A stretch of 64,000 nucleotides of DNA. It comes from a virus (Duplodnaviria > Heunggongvirae > Uroviricota > Caudoviricetes). Position 1 is the first letter of the stretch. Each line of letters begins with the position of its first letter. The position numbers and the translations under genes were made by a program. The notes below the pieces were generated by a model, which saw nothing but the letters and a program-made list of their open reading frames with translations, searched no databases and was not told the origin of the DNA. The stretch covers positions 23,562 through 87,561 of IMG/VR virus record IMGVR_UViG_3300046779_000230. The stretch is one strand, 5' to 3'. This document shows positions 17,607 through 26,429 of this stretch, piece after piece.

Positions 17607-18194
17607 TTATGTTTTCTTAGAACGTGGCACATCGAACACGAATGTAACTCTGACATTATCACCAATGTTCTTTGCACCGTGTGGTAATTTATTGTTAAAC
17701 CAAAGCAAAGTTCCAGGCTCTACTGTAACAGATTCATCTCCCACAGTGTATATGTATCTTCCTTGAATTGAAAGATGATAGCGATCCTTTGTTCGGTAAT
17801 AATCACCGATGTCAATGTGTGTTCCAACTACACCACCAACTGGCAGTGATAAGAAACCACATCGACTGACTTTCTTGAAGTGTCGTTTGACAAAACCAAT
17901 AACTTCAGTGTGATGTTTGATTGCTGGAGTTGGAATGCACAGTTCGGTATCTCCAACATAATCATCTATGTTTTCAATACCACCCATAATTAACTGCAAC
18001 ACACCAGCTTGAACATCTGGGAATCCATACGTAAGCATGGACTTAACGCCATCAACTCGCGTTTGAATTCCCCAGTCTTCTGGATGTTGCTCCAACTGCG
18101 CCAAAATCTTTGACACATTGAGTCCAGTTTTGATTATCTTAATGTTATCCAAAGAAGTCTTCCAGTGAACTTTCTTCTTGCGTCTTCCAACCAA
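17607..18194 (-). CDS. cupin/2OG-Fe(II) oxygenase (Asp/Asn beta-hydroxylase-like)
   Basis: GTHIDIGD (HxD) and NKLPHGAKN (distal His) lie in a beta-rich protein of about 190 aa. The annotated ATG overlaps the polymerase gene by 50 nt, so the true start is uncertain. Confidence 0.55.
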   Translation of the reverse strand: MVGRRKKKVHWKTSLDNIKIIKTGLNVSKILAQLEQHPEDWGIQTRVDGVKSMLTYGFPDVQAGVLQLIMGGIENIDDYVGDTELCIPTPAIKHHTEVIGFVKRHFKKVSRCGFLSLPVGGVVGTHIDIGDYYRTKDRYHLSIQGRYIYTVGDESVTVEPGTLLWFNNKLPHGAKNIGDNVRVTFVFDVPRSKKT

Positions 18195-20631
18195 TTGGTT
18201 CGATTACGTTTTGAAGAGCATCTAAAAACACCTTTTCAAATTGAAGGTCATAGTCTATGTATGATTCCAGATTAAACTCTTTTGGCAATTCACTGGTGAA
18301 TGCGATAACGTCTTCTTGGAATGGATTGGGTTTTCTGACATAAACAAACTTGATCTTATCACCATCACGAATGGCTTGGTACTTGTTATCAATACCAAAA
18401 CGCTTGCAGTAGTGGTTGAACAGTAAGGCACCACGAACGTGGATTGGTGTACCCTTAGTGTAGATTGGAGAACCAGCGTACTGTTTCATACCATTAACAC
18501 CACGAGGGAATGCAATCTCCTGAACAGGCAGCTTATTGAACACTTCCCTAAAGTCATTAACATACTTATGTAGTTTCTTTTCGTCACCTTCTAGAATAAC
18601 ATTAATAGAGTCTTTTAACTTATCACGAATCACAGCTGGCGTTGAAGACTTGACCATCTCAAGACCCATAACTTTGATCTTGGGTTTTGCGTATTGAACA
18701 CCTTCAGAGTTGTGCACGTTTAGAACATAACGCTTTTTGGCAGTCCAGATACCTTTGTCGGCTAGAACTTCGCGCTTCATAACCATCTTCTGACTATATG
18801 CGTTCATGTACTTTGCCAACTCTTGATAACCGTCATCAATGAACGGCTGAAGAACTTCTTCGCAAACTTTGTCCATGAACTTAATCTTGGCATTGGTGTC
18901 TTTACCCTCACAAACCTTTTCTACTAGATTCTCTAGTGTCAAGTAGATTGAGTCAGTGTCGATCGCAACAACGTAATCTTTACCATCAGTCTTCATAGTC
19001 TTGTTCATGAATGCATTTAGCTTGTTAGCCATCCAACGAATAGACAATTGACCTGAAGTTGTAATACCTTCAGCCATACGAATATCAAAGTAACGGAAAT
19101 ACTGATTACCCATGGCACCGTAAGCAGAGTTAAGGGCAATCTTCATAGCCATCTGCAAGTTATTCAATCGCGAGATGTCTTTCAACAAGTGCTTTTTAGT
19201 CTTGTCTTTTTCATACTCTTGTTGAACACCAAGCATCTGCTTCTTGAACTTGGAACGATCCTTGTACATCTTTTCCATCAACTCAGGCATAAAACCTTTG
19301 ATGTCTTTACGATAACACCAACCGTTTGCAGTTAAAGCCAAGTCACGACGATGTGCATAGCTAGTATCAACTTCTTGGTTCAGCAGCTTTTCTACCGTGA
19401 CTGGAATCTTCTCATGAGTCAAAGTCTCTGGTGAGATATTGTACTGCATAATCAAGTGAGGGTACAGTGAGTTCAAGTCAAAGGATGCCATCCACTTATG
19501 TAAACCAATCAACGGATCTTTAACGAATGCGCCTTCGAATTGAGAGTCTTTGCCAGAATAAGTCTTGGCTGGAATAACAATACGCTTTGTTCGCAAATGG
19601 TTATAGATGATAGAATCCCACATACGAACTTGAGAGTAAACATCTTCTGGATTGATCTTGGCATTATAAGCCATAGTCAAATGCAGTTCGATCAGACGCA
19701 TCTTGTCTTCCATGCGGTCAACCAATTCAACGTCGTGGATGTTATACTCAACAAACTGTTGCCAGTGGTTGGTGTAAAACTCTCGGAATGTATCTCCTGG
19801 GTTTTCTTTCTTCTTGTCGCCTAATTCTTGCTCAGCGATGTAGTCCAGTCGATAAGACTCTTGCTTGGAGTATGTATACTTTTTATACAACTCAAGATAG
19901 TCAAGCTGACTAATACCAGTAATGTCGTAGTGGATCTCTTCGTTACCTTTGATGAATGTCTTACGCTCATTCACCATACCCCAAGGGCTAATTTTATTGG
20001 CAAAGGTGTCGCCAAGTTCACGGGCAATGCGACGAACCAAATATGGCACGTCAAAGAAGTCAGTGTTCCAACCAGTAATAATGTCTGGATAGTTTTGTTG
20101 CCACCAGATCATAAACTCTTTGAGCAAGTGTTGCTCATCGCGACAGTTGATATAAACTACATCATCGCGATTGTGAACGAATGCACCAATACCAAAAGTG
20201 ATGATGCGTTTAGAGATTAGATCTTTAACAGTAATCAACAACACTTCTTCGTTGGCTGTGCGAATGTCTGGGAATCCAGACTCAGTTTTGGTTTCAATGT
20301 CAATGGTAAATACCTTGAGCAATTCCATATCCCAGTTAACATCGCCTTCATAGGTGTCACTGATATATTGATATGCGTAGTTGGTATTACCAAACACTGA
20401 AAAGCCTTGGACGCCATCATAACGCTTGACAAAATCTCGCGTTTCTCTGATCGATCCAGGCTTTACTTCATCCACGTAGATACCTTCAAGAGTTTTCCAA
20501 TTAGATTGACTCTTGGAAGTCACATAGAGTGTTGGGTAAAAGTCTACTTTACGATTGTATGCTCTACCTTTATCATAGCCTCGAACGAAAATCTTATCGC
20601 CGATGGCATATACTGATGTGTAAAATTCCAT
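18145..20631 (-). CDS. gp43: family B DNA polymerase (T4 gp43 homolog)
   Basis: The motifs are Exo I FTIDIET, motif A FDLNSLYPH, motif B KIALNSAYG and motif C VAIDTDSIY. Confidence 0.95.
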   Translation of the reverse strand: MEFYTSVYAIGDKIFVRGYDKGRAYNRKVDFYPTLYVTSKSQSNWKTLEGIYVDEVKPGSIRETRDFVKRYDGVQGFSVFGNTNYAYQYISDTYEGDVNWDMELLKVFTIDIETKTESGFPDIRTANEEVLLITVKDLISKRIITFGIGAFVHNRDDVVYINCRDEQHLLKEFMIWWQQNYPDIITGWNTDFFDVPYLVRRIARELGDTFANKISPWGMVNERKTFIKGNEEIHYDITGISQLDYLELYKKYTYSKQESYRLDYIAEQELGDKKKENPGDTFREFYTNHWQQFVEYNIHDVELVDRMEDKMRLIELHLTMAYNAKINPEDVYSQVRMWDSIIYNHLRTKRIVIPAKTYSGKDSQFEGAFVKDPLIGLHKWMASFDLNSLYPHLIMQYNISPETLTHEKIPVTVEKLLNQEVDTSYAHRRDLALTANGWCYRKDIKGFMPELMEKMYKDRSKFKKQMLGVQQEYEKDKTKKHLLKDISRLNNLQMAMKIALNSAYGAMGNQYFRYFDIRMAEGITTSGQLSIRWMANKLNAFMNKTMKTDGKDYVVAIDTDSIYLTLENLVEKVCEGKDTNAKIKFMDKVCEEVLQPFIDDGYQELAKYMNAYSQKMVMKREVLADKGIWTAKKRYVLNVHNSEGVQYAKPKIKVMGLEMVKSSTPAVIRDKLKDSINVILEGDEKKLHKYVNDFREVFNKLPVQEIAFPRGVNGMKQYAGSPIYTKGTPIHVRGALLFNHYCKRFGIDNKYQAIRDGDKIKFVYVRKPNPFQEDVIAFTSELPKEFNLESYIDYDLQFEKVFLDALQNVIEPIGWKTQEESSLEDFFG

Positions 20632-21050
20632 TAGTTAGTTTTCTCTGCTAAATCTTTATAACCTGCCCAGCTTGGATGAATTCCATCAGGTTGTATTCTG
20701 TTAATTGGTAACACAGTGTCACCGAAATTCTTGGCAATAATTTGAACCCAATCTTGTACGATCTTGATATCTACATTGCTGGCTTTTAAATTACCTGCTG
20801 GTAAAATCCAGAACACACGCTTGCCTTCTGCACGTTGCCGAATAGTTAGTAGTTCTTTAAATGTATGAACACCGCTGTGATCATTCGACCCAAGGCTGAT
20901 AATAACTGTCTCAGCTGGCTGCATTTTGTGGGCGTAGTTTTTATTAAACTGCCAAGTGTTAATACCACCCTTGCCAACTAGAACACAATCTGGGCGTTGC
21001 TGATGTATACCAACAGCAATACTATCACCAACAATTAGACAATCAATCAT
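20631..21050 (-). CDS. SGNH/GDSL-family hydrolase
   Basis: It contains LIVGDSIAVG (GDS block), LGSNDH and DGIHP (DxxH). I moved the start to the ATG at 21050, which gives an ATGA overlap with the upstream stop. Confidence 0.6.
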   Translation of the reverse strand: MIDCLIVGDSIAVGIHQQRPDCVLVGKGGINTWQFNKNYAHKMQPAETVIISLGSNDHSGVHTFKELLTIRQRAEGKRVFWILPAGNLKASNVDIKIVQDWVQIIAKNFGDTVLPINRIQPDGIHPSWAGYKDLAEKTN

Positions 21051-21619
21051 ACTTGCTTTCCATATAACAACATCATAACATCCAGAGCACAATCGTGTAC
21101 TGGGTGATGTTTGATAACATTATGTCGCGCGAATTCAGGATGCTCTACGCTACAATAACCATTAGTAGAACCGTACATGATATCCACTGCAGTTCTAATA
21201 TCTCGCCACTGAGCATAACCAGTTATCTCTTGCATACCACATTTGGTTGAAAGAGAATCAATGGCAAGTTGATCCAATGAACCGCGAGCCCACATAGTTT
21301 GTTTGTGGGCATTCGGGAACTTGTTCATATAGTTATGTAGTTCAGTGATAGCTTCTTCTGCAGTTAGATCAAAGGCACTTGGATCCAAAGAAACTTTTCT
21401 AACATACTCATGTTGATTTTGCCACCACTCTAGAGTTGATAGAGTTACAGTTCTACCCAAACGCTGTACTTGATCCTTAGATTTTAGCTTAACGAAACAC
21501 GCTCCGTCAAGTAATTGTTGATAAGTTGGTTGTTGCTCTGGGTCAAAATGAATCAATGCTGCCGATAAAACGACAGCATTAGATTCGACACCCAGCGTTT
21601 CTACGTCGAAGATAAACAT
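21047..21619 (-). CDS. DEDD-type 3'-5' exonuclease (DnaQ/RNase T-like)
   Basis: MFIFDVETLG is an Exo I DxE motif. HHPVHDCALD is an Exo III HxxxD motif. Confidence 0.7.
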   Translation of the reverse strand: MFIFDVETLGVESNAVVLSAALIHFDPEQQPTYQQLLDGACFVKLKSKDQVQRLGRTVTLSTLEWWQNQHEYVRKVSLDPSAFDLTAEEAITELHNYMNKFPNAHKQTMWARGSLDQLAIDSLSTKCGMQEITGYAQWRDIRTAVDIMYGSTNGYCSVEHPEFARHNVIKHHPVHDCALDVMMLLYGKQV

Positions 21620-22011
21620 TAACTATTCTTTCTGTTTTGGTATTCTTGTTCGTGTTCATCACACAAAGTTCTAATCCATCCACCACTACGACGCGAACCA
21701 AGGTGTCCACATGTTTCGCATGTTCGCGCAGCCCAAGATTCTGCCATTGAAACTAATCCATCGATGTAATCGTCTCCGCCTTGGTAATAAAAACGAAGTC
21801 CACCAAACTTTTCTTTGATCTGTTCAACAACAACTTGTGTGACAGAACCTTCTTTAGTTTTATTGCGCCAATCAATGTGTGTTTGAATATGTGAACACAG
21901 CACTTGAATAATAGGCAACCATCCATCACCAACAGCAACGCCACCGTATTGCCCAGCAAACATCTTAGGATAAGTTTCCTCTAGATGTTTCTGGAATTCT
22001 TCATTTGTCAT
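21619..22011 (-). CDS. hypothetical protein with a C-terminal zinc-ribbon-like motif CETCG...LCDEH
   Basis: The 130-aa product contains QIKEKFGGLRFYY. Its function is unknown. Confidence 0.5.
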   Translation of the reverse strand: MTNEEFQKHLEETYPKMFAGQYGGVAVGDGWLPIIQVLCSHIQTHIDWRNKTKEGSVTQVVVEQIKEKFGGLRFYYQGGDDYIDGLVSMAESWAARTCETCGHLGSRRSGGWIRTLCDEHEQEYQNRKNS

Positions 22012-23291
22012 TTAATATCTCCACTGGCATCAGCCACTTCTTTATCATCACGAATCTCTAGAACGATAGGCAAGAAAAGAGATTCTTCACCAGCCTTGTT
22101 TTTGATACGCATGTTATACTTGATAGCAGCAATTTTACCGATAATTTCTGCACCTTGTTTACGTTGGTCATCGTTAAAACCAGAGCCAACAGAAACCTTA
22201 ATCACACCATCAGAAGACTCGCATTTGATAGCACCAAGCAGACCAGCATACTTGCCAGTGCCTTCTTCGATGCCAACAATCTTTAGATCGCACTCTAGTT
22301 CACCCTTGAATTTAATCTGAGTTTTTGAACGCTTGTCTTCCCAGATACCATTCATGTCTTTGAGGATGATACCTTCTTCACCACGCTGCAGCATTTCTTC
22401 GAACAGAGCCTTTGCAGTTTCGTAGTTATCCACTTCCCAACTCTTGACCAAAGAAACTTTCTTAGGCATTTTAATAGCTTGTAGAGTTTCGAAACGATCC
22501 TTGTACTTGCTAGTGCCTTTACCGACAATAAAGTCTTCATATGGAATCACATCCCAGATGGTAGCTTGGACTTTACTAGCTTCATCAGCTTTAATCGTAC
22601 CTTTGTTGGCTTTGTTTAGAATACCATTACCAGTTTGGCGATCAAGAATAACACCATTATCGCGCACAAGTAATTCGCCGTCAAACACAACATTCTCATT
22701 ATCGGCTAGGGCGATAAACTCTTTTTCTAAATTACCAAGCAGTTGAATCTCTTTACCATTACGACTACGGAATTCGCACTTACCATCCTTTACGATGGCG
22801 TTGAATCGCATCCCGTCCATTTTGAGTTGGACGTAAGCTGGGAACTTTACCTTGTCCACCAACTTTTGCTCGAACTGGCTGCACAACATTACTGGATATT
22901 CTAGCACCAAACCAGTCCACACTGCGTTTGCGGTTGATACTTGTACCCCACATTTTAAATCCTTTTGAATAATACGCTCAATAACCTTTGCGTCATCGGC
23001 TGACACAACTTCTAGAATAGCAGTTAGACGATCGATGGCTGCATTGCCAGTAACAACGCGACCAGACAAGTCACCAAGTGAAGGCAACATCGACTGCAGC
23101 GATGCAGCATGTGCTGTGGTGTTGGGGGTGTACTTTGGAATCTTACGCTGATAGAATTGAGTGAATGGGTCTAGAGCCAGACGAACCACTTCACGAAGAA
23201 CTGCATTGTCTTTATTAAGATTCAGCTGCTCGATTTTAAAATTACGAGAAGAGTTGGCAGCAAGTTCATCAAAAAAGACATTCAGATTCAT
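22008..23291 (-). CDS. ATP-dependent DNA ligase
   Basis: Motif I is VQLKMDGMR, motif IV is GEEGIILKD, and motif V is TQIKFKGE. Confidence 0.9.
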   Translation of the reverse strand: MNLNVFFDELAANSSRNFKIEQLNLNKDNAVLREVVRLALDPFTQFYQRKIPKYTPNTTAHAASLQSMLPSLGDLSGRVVTGNAAIDRLTAILEVVSADDAKVIERIIQKDLKCGVQVSTANAVWTGLVLEYPVMLCSQFEQKLVDKVKFPAYVQLKMDGMRFNAIVKDGKCEFRSRNGKEIQLLGNLEKEFIALADNENVVFDGELLVRDNGVILDRQTGNGILNKANKGTIKADEASKVQATIWDVIPYEDFIVGKGTSKYKDRFETLQAIKMPKKVSLVKSWEVDNYETAKALFEEMLQRGEEGIILKDMNGIWEDKRSKTQIKFKGELECDLKIVGIEEGTGKYAGLLGAIKCESSDGVIKVSVGSGFNDDQRKQGAEIIGKIAAIKYNMRIKNKAGEESLFLPIVLEIRDDKEVADASGDIK

Positions 23292-23470
23292 TTCAATTCC
23301 TTAAATTTACGGTAACGTGTGTCAAAGCCGATTGGTTTCTTAAACTTAGTTACCTTCTTTGTGTTGACATTATAGAATGCCACCATCTTGCTTTTGTCGT
23401 CAGTTAGGTAGTAGATGTGATTGGTCACATTACCAACCCAGTCACTGGTGACTTCTTGGAAGGCTTTCAT
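23288..23470 (-). CDS. hypothetical small protein
   Basis: The 60-aa ORF overlaps both neighbours by 4 nt. Confidence 0.4.
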   Translation of the reverse strand: MKAFQEVTSDWVGNVTNHIYYLTDDKSKMVAFYNVNTKKVTKFKKPIGFDTRYRKFKELK

Positions 23471-23679
23471 AGCGAGCGTGAAGGATAGCCAACAGCAAAG
23501 CCACTGGTGCCAATTTGGAAACTGCGAGAGGCTTTAGAACTCATTTTCTGAGTGGTGCGACGACGAGACTTTTTGGCTTTGACCACTTCAATCTGACCAC
23601 CACGAGCAAGGAATTGCTGTACAGCTTCAGATGTTTCTTCACGAACTTGTGATTTGGTTTTGTAGATAGTTGCTTGCAT
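23467..23679 (-). CDS. hypothetical small basic protein
   Basis: I moved the start to the ATG at 23679, which follows the strong RBS AAAGAGGA. The product contains FLARGGQIEVVKAKKSRRR. Confidence 0.45.
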   Translation of the reverse strand: MQATIYKTKSQVREETSEAVQQFLARGGQIEVVKAKKSRRRTTQKMSSKASRSFQIGTSGFAVGYPSRSL

Positions 23680-23698
23680 GATATAGTCCTCTTTCAAA

Positions 23699-23896
23699 TT
23701 AAACAAAATCGTAATAAGTCTCAGAACACATGGTACCCATCATGATACCTGCAGTCACTTCGGTATAGATTGCATTGAAAACTTTGACGGCAGTCTTTGA
23801 GTCACGTGTATTCAGGAACAGCGTACCATTCGTGAATGTAGCTGGAACATTGGTAACTGATTCAACCACTGCCAAAACTTTGTTTTCGAATTCCAT
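23699..23896 (-). CDS. hypothetical small protein
   Basis: I moved the start to MEFENKV, which follows the RBS GAGAAAGG. The track's longer ORF (to 24016) runs through a promoter and a terminator. Confidence 0.45.
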   Translation of the reverse strand: MEFENKVLAVVESVTNVPATFTNGTLFLNTRDSKTAVKVFNAIYTEVTAGIMMGTMCSETYYDFV

Positions 23897-23926
23897 CTTA
23901 GTACCTTTCTCAATCACAATAGAGTT

Positions 23927-23955
23927 ATTATACAGCAGGTGACCATAAAAGACAA
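23927..23955 (-). promoter_or_regulatory. sigma70-type early promoter TTGTCT-17-TATAAT
   Basis: The minus strand reads TTGTCTTTTATGGTCACCTGCTGTATAAT. It shares TTGTCTTTT...CTGTATAATA with the promoters at 42693 and 37726. Confidence 0.6.
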
Positions 23956-24012
23956 CAAAAAGTTGCAATGACCCCACAGGTTTGAGGGGCTTGTAAGTTG
24001 TTGATTTATAAA

Positions 24013-24036
24013 GCAAAAACCCTCCTATCGGAGGGT
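24013..24036 (-). terminator. rho-independent terminator
   Basis: The hairpin is ACCCUCC-GAUA-GGAGGGU followed by UUUUG, 20 nt after the stop of 24058-24357. Confidence 0.75.
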
Positions 24037-24057
24037 CTAAAAAGTAATACCTAAGTG

Positions 24058-24357
24058 TTACATTTTTGGCATCGCGCCAGCAGGGACGATCTGAATACCA
24101 GAACCGAATACACGGTTATATTCATTTACCATCTTTTGATCAGGTTGAGCTTCTGACGCAATAGCTGATTTATACAAATTAACATTACCATCAGCATAAG
24201 GCATATATGGAGCGATACCAACGCCCATTTGTCCAGAAGATGTTTGTTGAATTATAATATTCGCTGGGTTTTTTAATTCAAGATGTTTATCATAATGGTT
24301 AAACACTTCAGAAATTAGTTCTTCACCATTAATCAATTTAAATACTTTAACATTCAT
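24058..24357 (-). CDS. hypothetical protein; weak resemblance to ORF 42816-43169
   Basis: The 99-aa product has the N-terminal pattern KLINGEELISEV...LELKNP..I. Confidence 0.45.
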   Translation of the reverse strand: MNVKVFKLINGEELISEVFNHYDKHLELKNPANIIIQQTSSGQMGVGIAPYMPYADGNVNLYKSAIASEAQPDQKMVNEYNRVFGSGIQIVPAGAMPKM

Positions 24358-24359
24358 AA

Positions 24360-24563
24360 TTATTCCTCTATAACAAGATTTTCAATAAAATCGACAGCTT
24401 GGTGTTGATCAAAGAAAAATCTAAGATGTATTTTCTCCATATCAAAACCATGCATAGCCATAACTAATATCTGTTTGTTTTTATAAACAGATACTTTTAA
24501 AACCCAGTTACCTCTTCGCACAGTAACAAAGGAAATTAAATTGGGGGATAGTTTTGCTCTCAT
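24360..24563 (-). CDS. hypothetical small protein
   Basis: The 67-aa ORF is tightly spaced between its neighbours. Confidence 0.4.
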   Translation of the reverse strand: MRAKLSPNLISFVTVRRGNWVLKVSVYKNKQILVMAMHGFDMEKIHLRFFFDQHQAVDFIENLVIEE

Positions 24564-24572
24564 ACCTAGTAT

Positions 24573-25130
24573 TTAGGTATGACGTCTCCAGTAAAAATCA
24601 AATACTCTAAAATTGTTTTTAAAGTACATATCATATAAAGCCACTCGATCCATATAAACATCTTTTGCTATTGTGGATGGAGTTGCTGGCTCAATATTAA
24701 CTCTGGCATCTGACTCACCATATTCACTGACAACTACCATAGAGTTTTTCTTGGCAATGTGACGCATGGCTTGATTCTCAGTTAGGCAATGCATAAACAC
24801 ATGAGTGATACCACGTGTTCTCAACCATGTTACTGCACGTTCAAACATGTGTTGAGCCAAGCCTTGTCCTCTATAATCCTTATCAACAGAACATCCTAAT
24901 TCAGCTTCGTTATTAACGACAGCAACGTGGCAAGCAGCCACAAGATGTCCGTCTATATGATCTATACCAAACCACTTTGAGTCAGTCTTGAAAGAGTTTT
25001 CAATATATGATTTGATGTAATCGTCGGAGACTCCACCACCGAATCTAAGTCGACGGTCTTCTCCTTGTAAACTGGTCAAGTGAACAACCAGCTTTGTCTT
25101 ATCTAACAGCGATAATTTTCTTGGTACCAT
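24573..25130 (-). CDS. GNAT-family N-acetyltransferase
   Basis: VDKDYRGQGLAQHMFERAV is an R-x-x-G-x-G/A acetyl-CoA loop. The protein is 185 aa. Confidence 0.75.
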   Translation of the reverse strand: MVPRKLSLLDKTKLVVHLTSLQGEDRRLRFGGGVSDDYIKSYIENSFKTDSKWFGIDHIDGHLVAACHVAVVNNEAELGCSVDKDYRGQGLAQHMFERAVTWLRTRGITHVFMHCLTENQAMRHIAKKNSMVVVSEYGESDARVNIEPATPSTIAKDVYMDRVALYDMYFKNNFRVFDFYWRRHT

Positions 25131-25131
25131 G

Positions 25132-25156
25132 ATTAAAAAGGGGCATAAGCCCCTTT
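25132..25156 (-). terminator. rho-independent terminator after hsp20
   Basis: The hairpin is AAAGGGGC-UUAU-GCCCCUUU followed by UUAAU. Confidence 0.7.
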
Positions 25157-25158
25157 AA

Positions 25159-25635
25159 TTACTCTTGTAAAAGAGACTTGTCGCCTTTAGCCTTTACTGG
25201 CACTTTCTTTGGCTTAGATGCTTCTGGAATAAGACGCTCAAGAGCGATCTTAAGCATGCCATTGAAAAGTTCAGCGTCCTTGACTTCAACTTGATCGTTT
25301 AGCGCAAAAGTGCGAGTGAATGCACGTGCTGCGATACCCTTGAATAAAAAGTCTTCAGATTCGTCTGCTTTGACATTACCCTTAACAACTAGCTTACCAC
25401 CGTCAATCTCGATGTCAATCTCGTTCTGACCAAAGCCAGCAACTGCCATCTCAATGACGTAATGAGTGTCATCAACCTTACGGATGTTGTATGGAGGATA
25501 GTTTGGGATATTCTTAGTAACGTCGTCGTGCAGTTTTTGCATTTTCGAGAATTGCTCATCGAAACCGACGAAGAACTTGTCAAAGTCCTTGAACACGTCT
25601 TGACTAAAGAATGATGGAATGAATGATTTGCTCAT
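25159..25635 (-). CDS. hsp20: small heat-shock protein (Hsp20/alpha-crystallin, IbpA-like)
   Basis: YNIRKVDDTHYVIEMAVAGFGQNEIDIEIDGGKLVVKG is a typical alpha-crystallin domain. Confidence 0.9.
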   Translation of the reverse strand: MSKSFIPSFFSQDVFKDFDKFFVGFDEQFSKMQKLHDDVTKNIPNYPPYNIRKVDDTHYVIEMAVAGFGQNEIDIEIDGGKLVVKGNVKADESEDFLFKGIAARAFTRTFALNDQVEVKDAELFNGMLKIALERLIPEASKPKKVPVKAKGDKSLLQE

Positions 25636-25660
25636 ATGTTTCTCCTATTAAGCGAGGTTA

Positions 25661-25845
25661 TAAAAATTACCACCCGAAGCATGGTAGTGCTGGTTACTTT
25701 ATCCAGCGGCAATTAACGAATGCCAGTGAAATCTCTCGGACGCCATTGACCGTAGCATCAACGTTCCCAAGGTAGTGGGACAAAATAGTATGCGTTTTAA
25801 CTTATGGCGTAGGGCGCATCCCCTGCCACTTCCCATCCCTGAGAA
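25661..25845 (-). ncRNA. candidate structured RNA or leader ending in an intrinsic terminator
   Basis: This is a 210-nt non-coding gap that is visibly more GC-rich than its surroundings. Several hairpins can be drawn: CGUUGA/UCAAUG, GCUGG/CCAGC and AGGG/CCCU. A long-range pairing GGGAAGUGG/CCACUACCU is also possible. The heptamer CACUACC occurs twice. The 3' end is a UUCG-tetraloop hairpin plus AUUUUU (25661-25686). Confidence 0.35.
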
Positions 25846-26013
25846 TTATTCTGTTTGTGCAGCAGCTGCTTGTTCAGCACGCAACTGATCGATCTGTGCA
25901 TCACCTTGTTGCTTGATCTTCAAGATAAGAGCAACAACTTCATCAAATGGGTGCTTGCCCAATACGCGAAGAATAGTATTTACGTCAGATGGATTCAATT
26001 CAAGTTTAATCAT
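25846..26013 (-). CDS. hypothetical small protein (55 aa, below the track cutoff)
   Basis: The product is MIKLELNPSDVNTILRVLGKHPFDEVVALILKIKQQGDAQIDQLRAEQAAAAQTE. Its start forms an ATGA overlap with the regA stop. Confidence 0.4.
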   Translation of the reverse strand: MIKLELNPSDVNTILRVLGKHPFDEVVALILKIKQQGDAQIDQLRAEQAAAAQTE

Positions 26014-26429
26014 TTTGTTTTCTTTCCTATGTTATATTTAGCTACCAATTCCCATTGATCCTTTTCTTTGTAAGAAACGACCTTAATTTGAGACAAAGAT
26101 GCTTTTTGTTCAGACTTCTTAGTATCTAGGATCTTCAATAAATCCCAATCTTGAAGCAATGAAGCAATAGCATTTCTACGCTCTACATCACCTTGGGTAA
26201 TGTTCGATTCTTTACCGTCCAATGCAAATAGTTCTTTGAAGTGTACGATAAAGTATCTGCCTTGCTTGTGTAAGATATGGCAAGACTGATATAATTTATT
26301 CTCTTTTCTGGAAGCGATACCAATTCTGGTAAGAGTTTCGCGGACTTTTAGGAAGTTGTCTGGTTCTGGCAGACTCACCTCAAGCATGGACTCAGGAGTC
26401 CAATCGTAGTAAACCATCTCGATAGTCAT
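26010..26429 (-). CDS. regA: translational repressor RegA
   Basis: FLKVRETLTRIGIASRKENKLYQSCHILHKQGRYFIVHFKELF closely matches T4 RegA (FLKVKETLTRMGIANNKDKVLYQSCHILQKKGLYYIVHFKEML). Confidence 0.92.
   Translation of the reverse strand: MTIEMVYYDWTPESMLEVSLPEPDNFLKVRETLTRIGIASRKENKLYQSCHILHKQGRYFIVHFKELFALDGKESNITQGDVERRNAIASLLQDWDLLKILDTKKSEQKASLSQIKVVSYKEKDQWELVAKYNIGKKTK

Noticed and set aside
23897-24016. The N-terminal extension of track ORF 23699-24016.
   Set aside because: The extension runs through a TTGTCT-17-TATAAT promoter and reaches a terminator. An internal ATG with a good RBS at 23896 gives a sensible 65-aa product.
25755-25785. A plus-strand CGUUCCCAAGGUAGUGGGAC segment reminiscent of glutamine-riboswitch (glnA RNA) consensus pieces.
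   Set aside because: It is on the non-transcribed strand, since no plus-strand genes exist here. I cannot reproduce the full consensus from memory. The resemblance is probably coincidental.
25700-25835. A 45-codon minus-strand ORF (MGSGRGCALRHKLKRILFCPTT...) inside the hsp20 upstream gap.
   Set aside because: It has no RBS. Its Arg/Gly/Cys-rich composition is unlike any other protein in the window. The region is better explained as structured RNA.
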